Shown: piece by piece, positions 51,441 to 62,496 of the stretch
Layout: every line of letters starts with the position of its first letter
How positions within the stretch are numbered: position 1 is the stretch's first letter
DNA from: Phoronis australis
Taxonomy: Eukaryota; Animalia; Phoronida
Direction of reading: 5' to 3'
DNA length: 64,000 nt
Assembly: GCA_002633005.1 (NCBI GenBank)
Contig: NMRA01000062.1
Coordinates: forward strand, 419,981 to 483,980
Program-made: the position numbers and the translations under genes
Notes under the pieces: model-generated
Told to the model about the DNA's origin: nothing
The model's database searches: none
The model's input: only the letters and a program-made list of their open reading frames with translations

Positions 51441-52383
51441 AAACAGAAGCGCACAAACCTACTCACACTCCTCCAAACAAAAGGCAAGAAAACATAACCT
51501 GCTTGGTAATAATAATATGATCTATGTTTACAAAATTTATTAGACGAAAGGCAATTCTGATGGGCGAAGATTCAGTTATGCTCACATTTTGGAATTTGCT
51601 GCTTGCGTCGAGGCATTTTTTCTTATCTATAGCTATTTTAGTTTGTAACATAAGCGATAGAAGTCGCCGTTGTTTTCTAACAATGCTGATTGACCTAACG
51701 CTTCCGTTTTTTGATAAAAAATCCGTTTTTTTGGCCCGGGTTTTTGGCACATATATGTAAGTTCCTTTTCAAGATTTCGACCTATTAAGTAAACAGATAA
51801 AATTTGATAGCTTTATCTATCCAAAGAAAAAAACGCAAAGTAAATGTCCTTCAATTGTCCATTAAAAAGAGAACAAATCTCCAATAACTAAAGGTCGGAG
51901 CGAGAAACTAATTATTGCTCCAGATAGCGCTTTCCGAGATCTATCCGCATGCCGAATTTCAGGAATATCTGTCCAGGAACGCCGGGGATACGGCAAGAAA
52001 ACTCAATTAATTAAGAGCATTCACGGGAAAATCTCGAATAAGTCGAGAAGGGTAAGTCGCAGGCAAAAAGAGATGGCACATTTCCGATAGCCCGTGAAAT
52101 AATCTATGCATAGAAAAAAATCGCTTGTATAACCTTCCTTCGGCAAACCAAAAATAGCAACAAGTAAAAATGGCCACCACAGTCATATGTTGCGTCTAAT
52201 GTCAACCAAAACAATGCGCTTCGTTTCGTTTATATGGCACACGTTATGTGTAAATTTCATGACAATAAGACAAGAAATGAGACTTGTAGCCCGCAAACAA
52301 AAAAAAAAAACTTGACGACCGATTAAGATGAATAATAATAAAAATGTTTTTTCATGTCTATTACTAAGGTTATCAAAATGATA

Positions 52384-52469
52384 CCAGATACATGTATGAT
52401 CATTGGATTGGAGGCTGCAAATGAGCCCAGATACATGTATGATCATTGGATTGGAGGCTGCAAATGAGC
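52384..52469. repeat. Exact 43-bp tandem duplication
   Basis: CCAGATACATGTATGATCATTGGATTGGAGGCTGCAAATGAGC x2. Confidence 0.95.
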
Positions 52470-53002
52470 CGTTCATGCTCAGTGTTATAGACGAAGCATG
52501 ACTGTGAGCAAGTAGTGAGCATCAGGTTTAGTTTCACCACACTTTTTGCTGAGGTATAACCCAGATCTCAATTAGTTAACAAAGAGTTCCTGTTCACGCG
52601 ATATGCATAACTTACTAGTTGGGAGTGAAGTTAGATTGTCATCATTTTCACGAAAGACTGGAGACAGCTGGCTTACGTTATGTAGTAAACGAGATTGTAC
52701 CCCGGGGTAAAAAGAAACTTACACGATTAAAGATGACAATGCTTGGACTGTTTTAAGTTCCAGTGGTAAACCCATTTCATAAAAGCAAATCGGCAATAAT
52801 TGGTTTTTTAAATGATTGAGGGTAATGACGGGTAATTATATATTCATTAGTAGCTCTTAGCTGTACAGAAAATACTGTACATCACGATCGTACAGGTTAA
52901 TAATAGCTCAGTCTTTCAAGTTTTCATAGTGGAGACAAATTTACGTTATCATAGATAATTTATCCGTAGTTAAAACGAAGTTGAATAAAAGAAGTTTATA
53001 TT

Positions 53003-53255
53003 AACTCTCAATGCCAATTGAGAATATGTTAAAGAAATTTCTAAATGAGTTGAAAGTTTTTGAATTTTTGTGATAATTTTTATGAAATAAACATCAACTC
53101 TCAATCCATAATGAGAATATGTTGAAAAATTCTGAATGAATTCAAATTTTTGATTTTTTGTGATGATTTGAAGAAGTAAACGTCAACTCTCAATACCAAA
53201 TGAGAATACGTTAAAAATTCTAAATAAGTTAAAAGTTTTTGAATTTTGTGATGAT
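53003..53255. repeat. ~90-bp tandem repeat, ~3 copies
   Basis: AACTCTCAAT.C.A..TGAGAATA.GTT.AA.AA.TTCT.AAT.A.TT.AAA.TTTTTGA.TTT at ~53003, ~53095 and ~53185. Confidence 0.85.
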
Positions 53256-53560
53256 TCATAGAGATCTCAAGATTATGTAGAACGGTCAGACGCTTAACGG
53301 ACACAATATGAGGAACAATAGAACGGTACAAGAACAATTTTGGGAGTCAATGTTGTATGGAGCTTTTAATGAAAACGTTGTGTCATTACTTTTGAATAGT
53401 TTGAACTCCATCTGTCACTTAGTTGCCCAATCATACATCTACTTTAAACCAAGGTCCCTTTGTAAACGGCTAAAATTTTCGGGTTTCTCTTTGGATAAGG
53501 CGATAGATACAATTTCTGCATTTAAAACGCTTTAGTATGCAGTTGGTCTGGTATAATCAT

Positions 53561-54301
53561 TGTCACGTTTTTAACCGTGTGTGGGTGGGCGCAGGTTGTT
53601 ACAGACCGGTGCTAATAGCTTTCGGTGCGAAGATTGACTGAAGATAGGTTCGAGTTAATCCTTTATTAATCCCGTCCGTACGTTCACAAGCCTACTCAAA
53701 CAAAACGTCCGACGTAATGTTCTCTTTATGCTCCAGCCAGTGTTGCGAAGCCTTGACTTGTGTTGAACTTCTGAGATAAGTTCAACAACTGTTACACTCG
53801 TTGATTCAATAACCTGCTGTCTCTATAGCTGGCTCTCTATTGACTATCGCTGTAACTGCTGATTCTCTTCACTGCAACTCAACTGTAATCTCCTGATTAA
53901 CTTTCTTGAACTCACCGATCAACTGACTTGATCTTCCGACTTGATCTCCCGACTTGATCCTCTCTTGAATTGACTTGATCTTCTTGGACTCAACTGACTA
54001 ACACAAACCCGTGCTTGTGTATTTATAGCCTAATGCATTGTTCTGGAACTTTTCATCAATTCAAGCACATTCTAGAACTTTCCTGAATCTACCCGACCAT
54101 TCTACAAACATGTACTAGTCTCTAGAATATTCCAGACTGCATTAATCATTGTCATGTTAGAGTCTTCTAGAAAGTTCCACACTATACTGCAGTAAACAAA
54201 TTACATCATCACTATTCTGACCTCAGTCTTCTAGAAACTTCCACACTATTTTGTAGTAAACAAATTACAACATCATTGTACTTAACTCAGGGGTCATGCC
54301 A
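53561..54301 (-). mobile_element. Solo LTR (741 bp)
   Basis: TGTCACG ... CATGCCA ends with flanks ATCAT / ATCAA (5-bp TSD, 1 mismatch). On the minus strand a TATAAATA (~54020-54027) lies upstream of AATAAA (~53662-53667). Contains repeated TTCTAGAA motifs. Confidence 0.72.
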
Positions 54302-54434
54302 ATCAAACAGAATAACAAAACAAAACAATACAACTAAAAATACTGTCAGACTATATTCTGAAAATCATTAAAAACTAATATAGGCCTTTCAAATGATATA
54401 TCTATTACGCAATTATCCTCTATAAATAAAGTTT

Positions 54435-54445
54435 GTTATTATTGC

Positions 54446-54479
<34 letters not shown>

Positions 54480-54480
54480 A
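54435..54480. repeat. (TTA)n microsatellite
   Basis: Directly visible. Confidence 0.9.
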
Positions 54481-54894
54481 CAATAAAATACCGTGCGCTA
54501 TTTTTCAGGTCGCTCAGATTAAACTTTCGTAGGGTGTATTGCCCGAAATTGCAATACATAAATCCGTGATAAACTTTCATTTTGAGAATACTCACGCGTT
54601 TCTCGCATGTTTTCAGTGTTGGTTTTTCAGCCATTGGCGATATGTTTACAAATGACTATTTATTACACTATCAAATAACAATTGTGTACTATTTGGAATT
54701 ATTAGGTTTTTTATGTGTTAACACTTGTTTGTAAGTGTAGAAGTTGTGGCGTTTTCTTTAAAAGCGCAATTTATTTACAAAATGTGTCTTTTCCTGATTA
54801 CAAGCAGTTCTCCAGCAAGTCATTGGGTGGCACTTGATACAAATTTGAATATTCACGGTTTCAATGAGACATAGCATCTTTAAATTTTTTCTGG

Positions 54895-55960
54895 CAATTG
54901 TAATTTCGTTATTGTATGGAGTGATAACTCATTACTATCCTTCGCAATTCTTTAACGCATTTTCACGAGCCAAATGCGTTTGTTATTGGAAGCGACTTAA
55001 TCTGCACTATGGACGTGGCAAATCTTGATTGGCCATTTTTAATTTTAGGCATTTCAATTTTCGACGGGTCTGGCAATTTAAAAACCCAATATTCTTTAAA
55101 GCGGCGTGGAAAGCAAAAATACCTAGCAGATCGTGTCGAATCTACTTCTTGAGGTTGCTAACGTGAGAATTATTCACTCTGAATAGTGCAACACGCACAG
55201 ACTAAATAAATACTTCAGTTCCAATGCCGAACAGATGACAGATTATTTTTTTGAAATTCGAAACAATAAGAAAAATGCTTTGACATCAACACAACTTCAA
55301 CGCCTTTGCGATCAAACCGCAAAAATACCTGTTGAACAGTTTGATAACCACTTCAAGTAGTGCAATCTAGGACGCTTTTTACGTGCTATGTCCTTAAAGT
55401 TTGGGTAGGTTGGTTAAAAATGCGCCCTTAGTTTCATCATCGAGGGAAAAACGTGTCTCAAAGTTTTACTTATCATGAAACATCAATTATCCACAAAATT
55501 TTTGGAAACTGTTTTGATTTTGAAAGGTGGTACTTGCGTTTCCTGTGGGTTATTCGCTTTTTACAAGACACTGATGTTGATTTAACCAAGATAGTCCAAG
55601 TTTCAATTCACCGACGATGACGTCTTCGACACTACTTTAACATTAAATACATGTATTTCAACTTCACGGCTGTGTTGTTCTTTTGATCCATTCAACGAAA
55701 CTAGCGTCATCGTAAATAGCTACAAGCCAACTTTTAAAATTGATATCAAAAGCATGTAATGCAGGCACAAAACAATACAGCAGCAAAAAGTGTTTCTCAG
55801 AAAGGCTATTTCTTCAGCAAATTCCATTACAATTAATAAACACAACTGTTTTGGTCTGTATGCCGAAAAGTTGCATCCGCGTGTGATTTAGTCGACAAAA
55901 AGCTCTGGTGTATATAAACGTAGTCACAGGTTTTCCAAAAAAACATTAGACAATAAAGTC
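54895..55960 (+). repeat. Distal upstream block of GPCR paralog 3, paralogous to 30205-31205
   Basis: Colinear reverse-complement matches to 30205-31205, in the same orientation relative to the gene. Confidence 0.85.
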
Positions 55961-56565
55961 CAATGACTTGTTTCTGTCGTTTCATCTGTTTTTGTAGTTA
56001 ACGACTCTTGTATGGTTTCTTCTTTGAAGTTCGCTTGACAAAAAGAAAATGTATCGAATCAATATTATGGAATGAAACAAATGCGGTCCTATTTGGCGGA
56101 GGCATAGATTTTTCGGAGTCTGTAGCCAAGGCCTTCGTAATAACGAGTTGAAACCATTTCGATTAGATTTCAGCAGGTTAAAAAATTTCTCTTTAACCAG
56201 TTTGACATAAAATCTATTTTTTCTTGCAAGAGTTAACGTTACGTATTTCAACCTGTTCATTCAAACCAGTCTATCTCTAAATTATCTGTAGTTTCTTTAA
56301 CTCATCTTTGTTTCTGCTTTAAGACATTTGCATTCTTTATCAAAGCAATGTTTTAGTTTAAGGTTTTTAATATGTCTTTTATATAAACCTGTTACACCGG
56401 TACCTTGGGACAAGAACTGCTTCCGTGAGGCTCAGTTTCTTGAAAATTTGGCGATATCTCCAAAGTCTTTACGCGATATCGCCATTTATTACAAAAAGCA
56501 CGTAATCACACTTGCTTCCTCACGTGACTATCCTGCATTTCGGAAAGGGCCCTAGCAAGCAAACG

Positions 56566-56766
56566 ATAGACCTTATTCACGTAGTCGCCATTATAAAAGT
56601 AAGCATCTTTTTAGGTTTGAAAAACAATGCATTTGTGATATAAATATGAACATGGCATGCCAAAAAAAATCACACTTTGCACTGTGATTAAGCGCGGAAT
56701 GGATTGCTTTTAAAAGGCTACAAAGAGGCTCACTTTTAAAATGGCGACTGCATGAATGAGGTGTAT
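56566..56766. mobile_element. ~200-bp MITE
   Basis: TIRs ATAGACCTTATTCACGTAGTCGCCATT / AATGGCGACTGCATGAATGAGGTGTAT. Confidence 0.75.
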
Positions 56767-57540
56767 AGACTGTTGAAACGACTCAATTTTCAATTCGATG
56801 GAAATATGTCTTAAATTTAAGGTCATGTTTGATATTATCAACAAGCCTGTGCACTCAGCAAACTGCTATCTAGAAAACCATAGATTTTAACTAAGTAACA
56901 GTGTATATTTCTGATAGTAAAATGATGTAGAAACTGTTTGTTTGCCATTCTGTTAATAATTGGGTCACATGACAATGTCTTTTTATTGAAGCTTAGCAAA
57001 AAAAGAAATGTACATTAATAGCAAAACAACAGTTTCGATCACACGATTAAACTTGATTTGATATAAATTTCAAGGTTTTCTAAAGAATCGTTTTGTCTTC
57101 ATTTTGTGCAACTTTAAAGATTTTTCCTGAAAATCATAAAAGTACCATTTTGATAGCACCTCACCTAAAAGTGGAACATTTTGAAAGCAAATTTCAGCGT
57201 TCGTAAACTTGTCTTGTTCGGAAGTATATTGAAAGCTTCGTTATCGAATAACAAAGAAAGGATGTTTCCGATGACGTGCGATGAACATGTTTCTACTCGC
57301 AATTGTACTAGGTTCCGCGTTGACTCCTGTTGTTGTGCGTACTTTCTTCAGACGTTGACAACTTCAATTACATGTTCGGTAAACTAATAAGAACAATCCA
57401 CTAATGCCATTCAGTAACTTACACTGTCCACCAATGAGCGTCGAAGATTTCTGCAGCACCTCGAGGAAGCTTATAAGGTTGACGACGTCTGTGACGAGAT
57501 AACATTGGTTGCAGCAACAACAGTAGTACGCAAGGGTCAA

Positions 57541-58536
57541 ATGGATGGGAGCAACAATACCACAATTTTGGACTTTAACTCGACAAACTCTGTCTTTGTG
57601 AAAACAAATCCAATCATATTGACAGCACTTGTTTTTCTTCTGGGTATCATCACGGTCTTACTCAACGGTTCCATTCTGATCGCGCAGAAAATTAGGCCTG
57701 ATCTCAGAAGAAACCCATTCCTCATAGGAGTGAATGTCAGCCATTTGTTCGTTGGCTGTATCTCGTGCCCGCTGTCTGTTCTGACGCCGCGCCAGTTTCT
57801 GCGTGCGCCGACGGACCTTTCAGTCAGCACCTGCGTCTTTATACTCCTTCTTCAAACGCTGACAACCCTTCTGCCGGCATGCTCAACAGCGTTACTCAGC
57901 TTCGACCGTTATGTTCGTTTCTCTAGTTTCAAATACTCTTACAAGAAGTGTATTTCTAAGAAATTTAGCGCCGCAGTATGTGCTGCAAGTGTACTGGGAA
58001 TTTGTGTGTTTGTTTTATTGATACCCACCTTTGACGCTAGATATGCAGGAGCCGAGATCTCTCAGGCTTATTGCTTTCGCGCCTATCTTATAACCCAAGA
58101 GTGGCTGCTAGGTTTGATGGCTATTCTTCTAGTCTCTATCCTCGTTGTTATTGTTTTCAACTCTCTTCTGGCCCTACACCTACTAAAGATGCGCTCAACA
58201 GTTTTACCAAGTGGCACAGATAGTTCCGAACTTGCCAACGTACGAGCAGCTAAAACCTGCCTCCTCATGTGCGTAACGTTTTTGCTCATGTGGTCTCCCT
58301 TTATTATCGTCATGAACATGGACGCCGTCTGCGAAATCACTGGCTGCTTACAGATGACAACTTCTTCAAGACGTTTGGCTTACATTATCACAACCTTTCT
58401 CGCTTTCACGTGCAGTGTGGTGCAGCCAATCATTTGCGTGACCGGAAGTAAGAAGCTACGCCAGGCTTTGATTGAAATTTTTCTGCATTCTCTACTTGAA
58501 TATTCGACTTCAATGTGCCGTCCAGGCAGGAAATGA
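57541..58536 (+). CDS. Intronless class A orphan GPCR, paralog 3
   Basis: Intact ORF from ATG 57541 (MDGSNNTTILD, aligning with the paralog starts), with 7 TM segments, LSFDRY, RAAKTC..WSP, CSVVQPIIC and KKLR. The ORF-track start at 57505 is a TTG. Confidence 0.93.
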   Translation: MDGSNNTTILDFNSTNSVFVKTNPIILTALVFLLGIITVLLNGSILIAQKIRPDLRRNPFLIGVNVSHLFVGCISCPLSVLTPRQFLRAPTDLSVSTCVFILLLQTLTTLLPACSTALLSFDRYVRFSSFKYSYKKCISKKFSAAVCAASVLGICVFVLLIPTFDARYAGAEISQAYCFRAYLITQEWLLGLMAILLVSILVVIVFNSLLALHLLKMRSTVLPSGTDSSELANVRAAKTCLLMCVTFLLMWSPFIIVMNMDAVCEITGCLQMTTSSRRLAYIITTFLAFTCSVVQPIICVTGSKKLRQALIEIFLHSLLEYSTSMCRPGRK

Positions 58537-58794
58537 CGGTAGTTAATAAAGGCACTTACAACTGTATGCGAACCGACACAACTTTTAAAAATATATATGA
58601 TAGACACGAAAAGTCCAAATCAACGATTTTTACCAAGTTGTCCACTTGCTTTAGCCTATTGAACTGAAAGGAAAGCAATGGTTGACAATAAATGGGTACC
58701 ACAATTTTCTGATCAAAGCGGCGTGGAGTTCTCGACATTCTTCAGAATATTGGATAACATTACGTGACGAGCCGAAACACACGTAACAGTTACT

Positions 58795-58905
58795 TCATAC
58801 GAGGATAACTACGGATATGGCGTTCTAACGCGACACGTCACCATTATTGAGCAATGCACGTGACGTCATGTAACAATTACATTTATCCAGTGGATAAGTT
58901 TCAAG
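58795..58905 (+). repeat. Interspersed repeat family A copy (diverged)
   Basis: CAATG.AC.TGACGTCATG.AACAAT.A.A.TTATCCAG.GGAT is shared with 1335-1380. Confidence 0.7.
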
Positions 58906-59790
58906 TGTTATTCATCAACCCAGCTGTGAAAAATGACATGCAAGAAACGTTGGCAACGAAATCGAGCACCGCACTTAAGTCCCAGCTGAGTTGAACACGA
59001 TGTCTAGTAAGGGCTTACATCCTTCCTTCTTCCAGAAGCACGCTACCTCTGATAGTAACTTGTGATTTAGTTCAAGTGTATAGCGACATTTATCTTTGAA
59101 AAGGTGTATAATGTCTCAGTTTAGTTCATGTAGATAATGTCTTTCTAGTCGATTAAATGCTAGTCAGTGAACGGTAACAATTTTAAATTCCTACAGTATG
59201 TTAAGAGCATCGCTCTGAGTCCACTAGTTCCAAAAATTGTTAAATACAACAAACTGTTAGGCGTATTGGTTTGCTTTTGTCTACGTCACTGCGAGAATCA
59301 CTTTCTAATTCAAACAGGTGCAAATAACAACCGCACGCAGTGATGCTCTGTTCAATACAACTGTTATCGGCCTTTTGTTGTTTTGCTATCTCTCGGTGAC
59401 GCATTATGGCACGGAAAGGCAGCTTCACCTATCATTTGACGGGCCTACATTTGCTAAATGGGTATACGAAAAGTCTTAGGTAGTCAGTCCCAATAGGGAC
59501 TCAACTACTTTCTCAACTCATTTGTGGACTTACTGCAAACATAAATTGTTCCTTACCTGTTATCATTACTAGGCTAAGTTTTAGCCTTGACTTCAAGAAG
59601 GCATTGACTCTAATTTGTGTAATTTCTTGTACACTAGAACTTAATTTTTTAACTATAGGGAATTTTCTATTAACTGCCACATCTAACCTTGTTCTTGGTT
59701 CCGCTGCTACTGTCCTTGGCGTATACTTTTTAATCCGTGGACGGAATATTGGTTTATGGTAAGTATAGTTGGCAATTATCTAATTAAGGT

Positions 59791-60368
59791 GGGCCGTTGA
59801 GGAGAAAGTGTCGCCGTAAAATTACGCTCGTAATTACGAGCGTAAATTAAATTGCAGGAGTGTCGCGGTACAATTACGCCTGTAAATTAAATGGGGAAAA
59901 GTTTCGCCGTAAAATTACGCTCTTAATTGCGAGCTTAAATTGCAAAAGTGTTGTGGTAAAATTACGCCCGTAAATTAAATAGGGGTAAATGTCGCTCGTA
60001 AAATACCTTAAGAACGTTCCAAATTTAAACCAATCAGTGACGACCTAACATACATGTACACGACTGTTGCTGGGCAGCTCGTTCTTGCACAATCGATGAC
60101 ATGGCAGCAGCGATTTGATCCGCCATGATTCAGCGCTCGTATCGTAGACATGAAACCCGCCAGTAAATAAGTATTTACATGAGCGCGCGCGGTCTTGGAT
60201 TGTAAAACCCAAAGTCACTGGCTAAGAGTTTAAATTACTAGCGTAATTTTACGTCGTAAAGAATTAAATTACGCTCGAATTTTACGGCGTAATTAACGGC
60301 GTAAGTAACGGCGTAATGTACACAATTACGCTCGTATTTTTCCGACGACACTTTCCCCCCAACGGCTC
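59791..60368. mobile_element. Foldback-like non-autonomous element with subterminal AATTACG repeats
   Basis: TIRs GGGCCGTTGAGGAGAAAGTGTCGCCG / CGACGACACTTTCCCCCCAACGGCTC; many AATTACGC / GCGTAATT motifs in both arms. Confidence 0.8.
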
Positions 60369-61281
60369 ATCATATCTAATGCATAAGCCGTTCTTATAAA
60401 TGTTATAGCGAGTCTTTGTTAGTTCGACCAGTTGACTTCTGACAATATCCGCACAACGGTTATCCGACCAGTTTAATCGGCAGAAAATGACAAAAATCCG
60501 ATGGTTAACTGCGAAATAGCCACATGCAAGGCGTGGTTTCTTCAATTAACAGACCTTTCAATTGAGTGCAGAAAGCGGTAGGAGTAATGGAAAAAGGTCG
60601 AATTTAGGTGAACACCGCAGCCGCTTCATCGCTCTTATATGTAATTCAAGCACATTTGTCTCCATTCGTGATTTCGTCATACTTGTTTCGGGGGGGGTCT
60701 TGCTTATTTCTCTGCAACCGATCCACCGATATCCAAATTTTTTTGTAAACCAGTCACCAAAGGCGAAAAAAACAACCGTAGACCATATTTTCATTTCAAG
60801 TTTTCTAGTTATTTATCGCCTTTAAAGTATCCAACACTTAGCTCTGTTTTAAAATGCCAATTAAAAGTTTAAGGTGCAGGAAAACGAAACTGAAGACAAA
60901 CGTTCGTTGTTTCTTCATGCAGCATGTATAATTAGAATAATTAAACAATTAATTCTCGTCAAAAATGAAAAAAGTTAGACTTTATAGCACTTTTTCAAAA
61001 AATGAATCATTTCTAATGTTTCAAAGATTGTAAAGTTTAATGATCTACACTATAAAATGGTTACTGAAAAGTATGTGACAATCTCGTTGATTGAAACTCT
61101 AGGGAACTGTAAAAAACACAAAATGGATCTCAAGTCCTCAAAATAGTTTCTTCGCTACCCAAATCGCTTTCTACCGAAATTTGATGTCAAGAACACGACC
61201 ACTCCGTCAGAAATTGATGAAGGCTACGATAAACAAAGGCCTGTTATCCTAAGTGTGCTCTTTGAAATACAGTAAGCAGTC

Positions 61282-61516
61282 CATGCTCGCACCCGGGGGG
61301 AGGTTCATTTGAGCCCCCCAGTTGGCGGAGTGGGCAAAAAGGTCAGCCTGTGAGAAACAAAAAGTCCGAGAAAATGAGACAAAAGTCCCCTAAACAAGCA
61401 CAAACGTGCAATTCACAGTGGTGCCCCCGTTTTTTTAGTCCGCCCGCTTTTTGTTACCAAAAAGTCCACAACTCAGGGATTCGAGCTCCCCACATTGAAG
61501 GCTGGGTGCGCGCATG
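61282..61516. mobile_element. MITE with CATGC.CGCACCC TIRs and an apparent 5-bp TSD
   Basis: CAGTC|CATGCTCGCACCC ... GGGTGCGCGCATG|CAGTC. Confidence 0.75.
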
Positions 61517-62250
61517 CAGTCTGGCTACAAAAGTGCAAGCGAAATAGCCAAAGCAGCTCCAGCAAAAGTGACACTTGTAACCCAGCACTTAACGCTATAA
61601 AATTCGGCAGGTCATCTACGGCCCGGTCAAAATCTCTAGTTGCATTTGTAAAATTCAAGTCGCCCTTACAAATTCCAGCTCGCGATGTATTGCGGACTAG
61701 AAAAAAGGTTTGTCGAGAGTTTACATCCGCATTTTATTTGGCGACTGCAAGTTATCTGGTTCTGTCAGGGTATTTTTAAAATAATGAAAGTCGTACGAAC
61801 TGCCTCTAGGTTGCCGTTTATAGAGGAAGGTGTAAAAACTCCATCGGTTTGCACGAGTTGGAATTACAAGTCTTACACGTTTCCGTGTGCAAATGCGAGT
61901 TGGTCAAAATCTGAACTCGTATTTCCAAATTTCAAGTAACAAATGCGAGGTGCAGCTCGTTGTAGGTGGTAGGTCCTAGCTTCAGTCTGTTCCTCCAGTG
62001 ACCATGCCATGGGGTGGACAACTTCAATTTTCTCGTGTGGCTACACATAGTTTCAAGCATTTGATGTTTCGAGTCTCCGCATTTTAAGATACACATTTTA
62101 ACAATATTTATCAAGACGTGAAGCTGTAGGCTACCTCTTTAGCCAATCGCAAGCTCAGAAATCGAAAAGGTTCACAATGTCACATACAAACTCAGTCTCA
62201 CGTTATTACGAGCAAAGTTCTGAGGACACCTTGAAATTGGTTTCCCCAAA

Positions 62251-62496
62251 TTACACACGTTGCTCTCCCGTTGTAAGTCTTTCTCCGGTTATCGTGTCAA
62301 CTTTGTTTCTGCTTTCCACCACATCAGTTATTTTTCTTCGTGAATTCTTTTGTTTTAAGAGACAAACAGCAACCGGCACCGTCACCCCCACGATGGCTGC
62401 ACACCCGAGCACCGAACCTCCGATAATGGCGGCCGTAATGATGAAGTCACGCGTCGCAGTGTGTAAATCACCCGCAGAATTTTTCCTTGTGGTTTT
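62251..62496 (-). CDS. Probable terminal exon of a single-pass (type I) membrane protein
   Basis: Acceptor TTTATTTTGTATTTTTACAG, then an open phase-0 frame KTTRKNSAGDLHTATRD-FIITAAIIGGSVLGCAAIVGVTVPVAVCLL-KQKNSRRK...GEQRV*: a TM helix followed by a basic stop-transfer cluster. It is not in the ORF track because it has no start codon. Confidence 0.65.
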   Translation of the reverse strand, partial: KTTRKNSAGDLHTATRDFIITAAIIGGSVLGCAAIVGVTVPVAVCLLKQKNSRRKITDVVESRNKVDTITGERLTTGEQRV

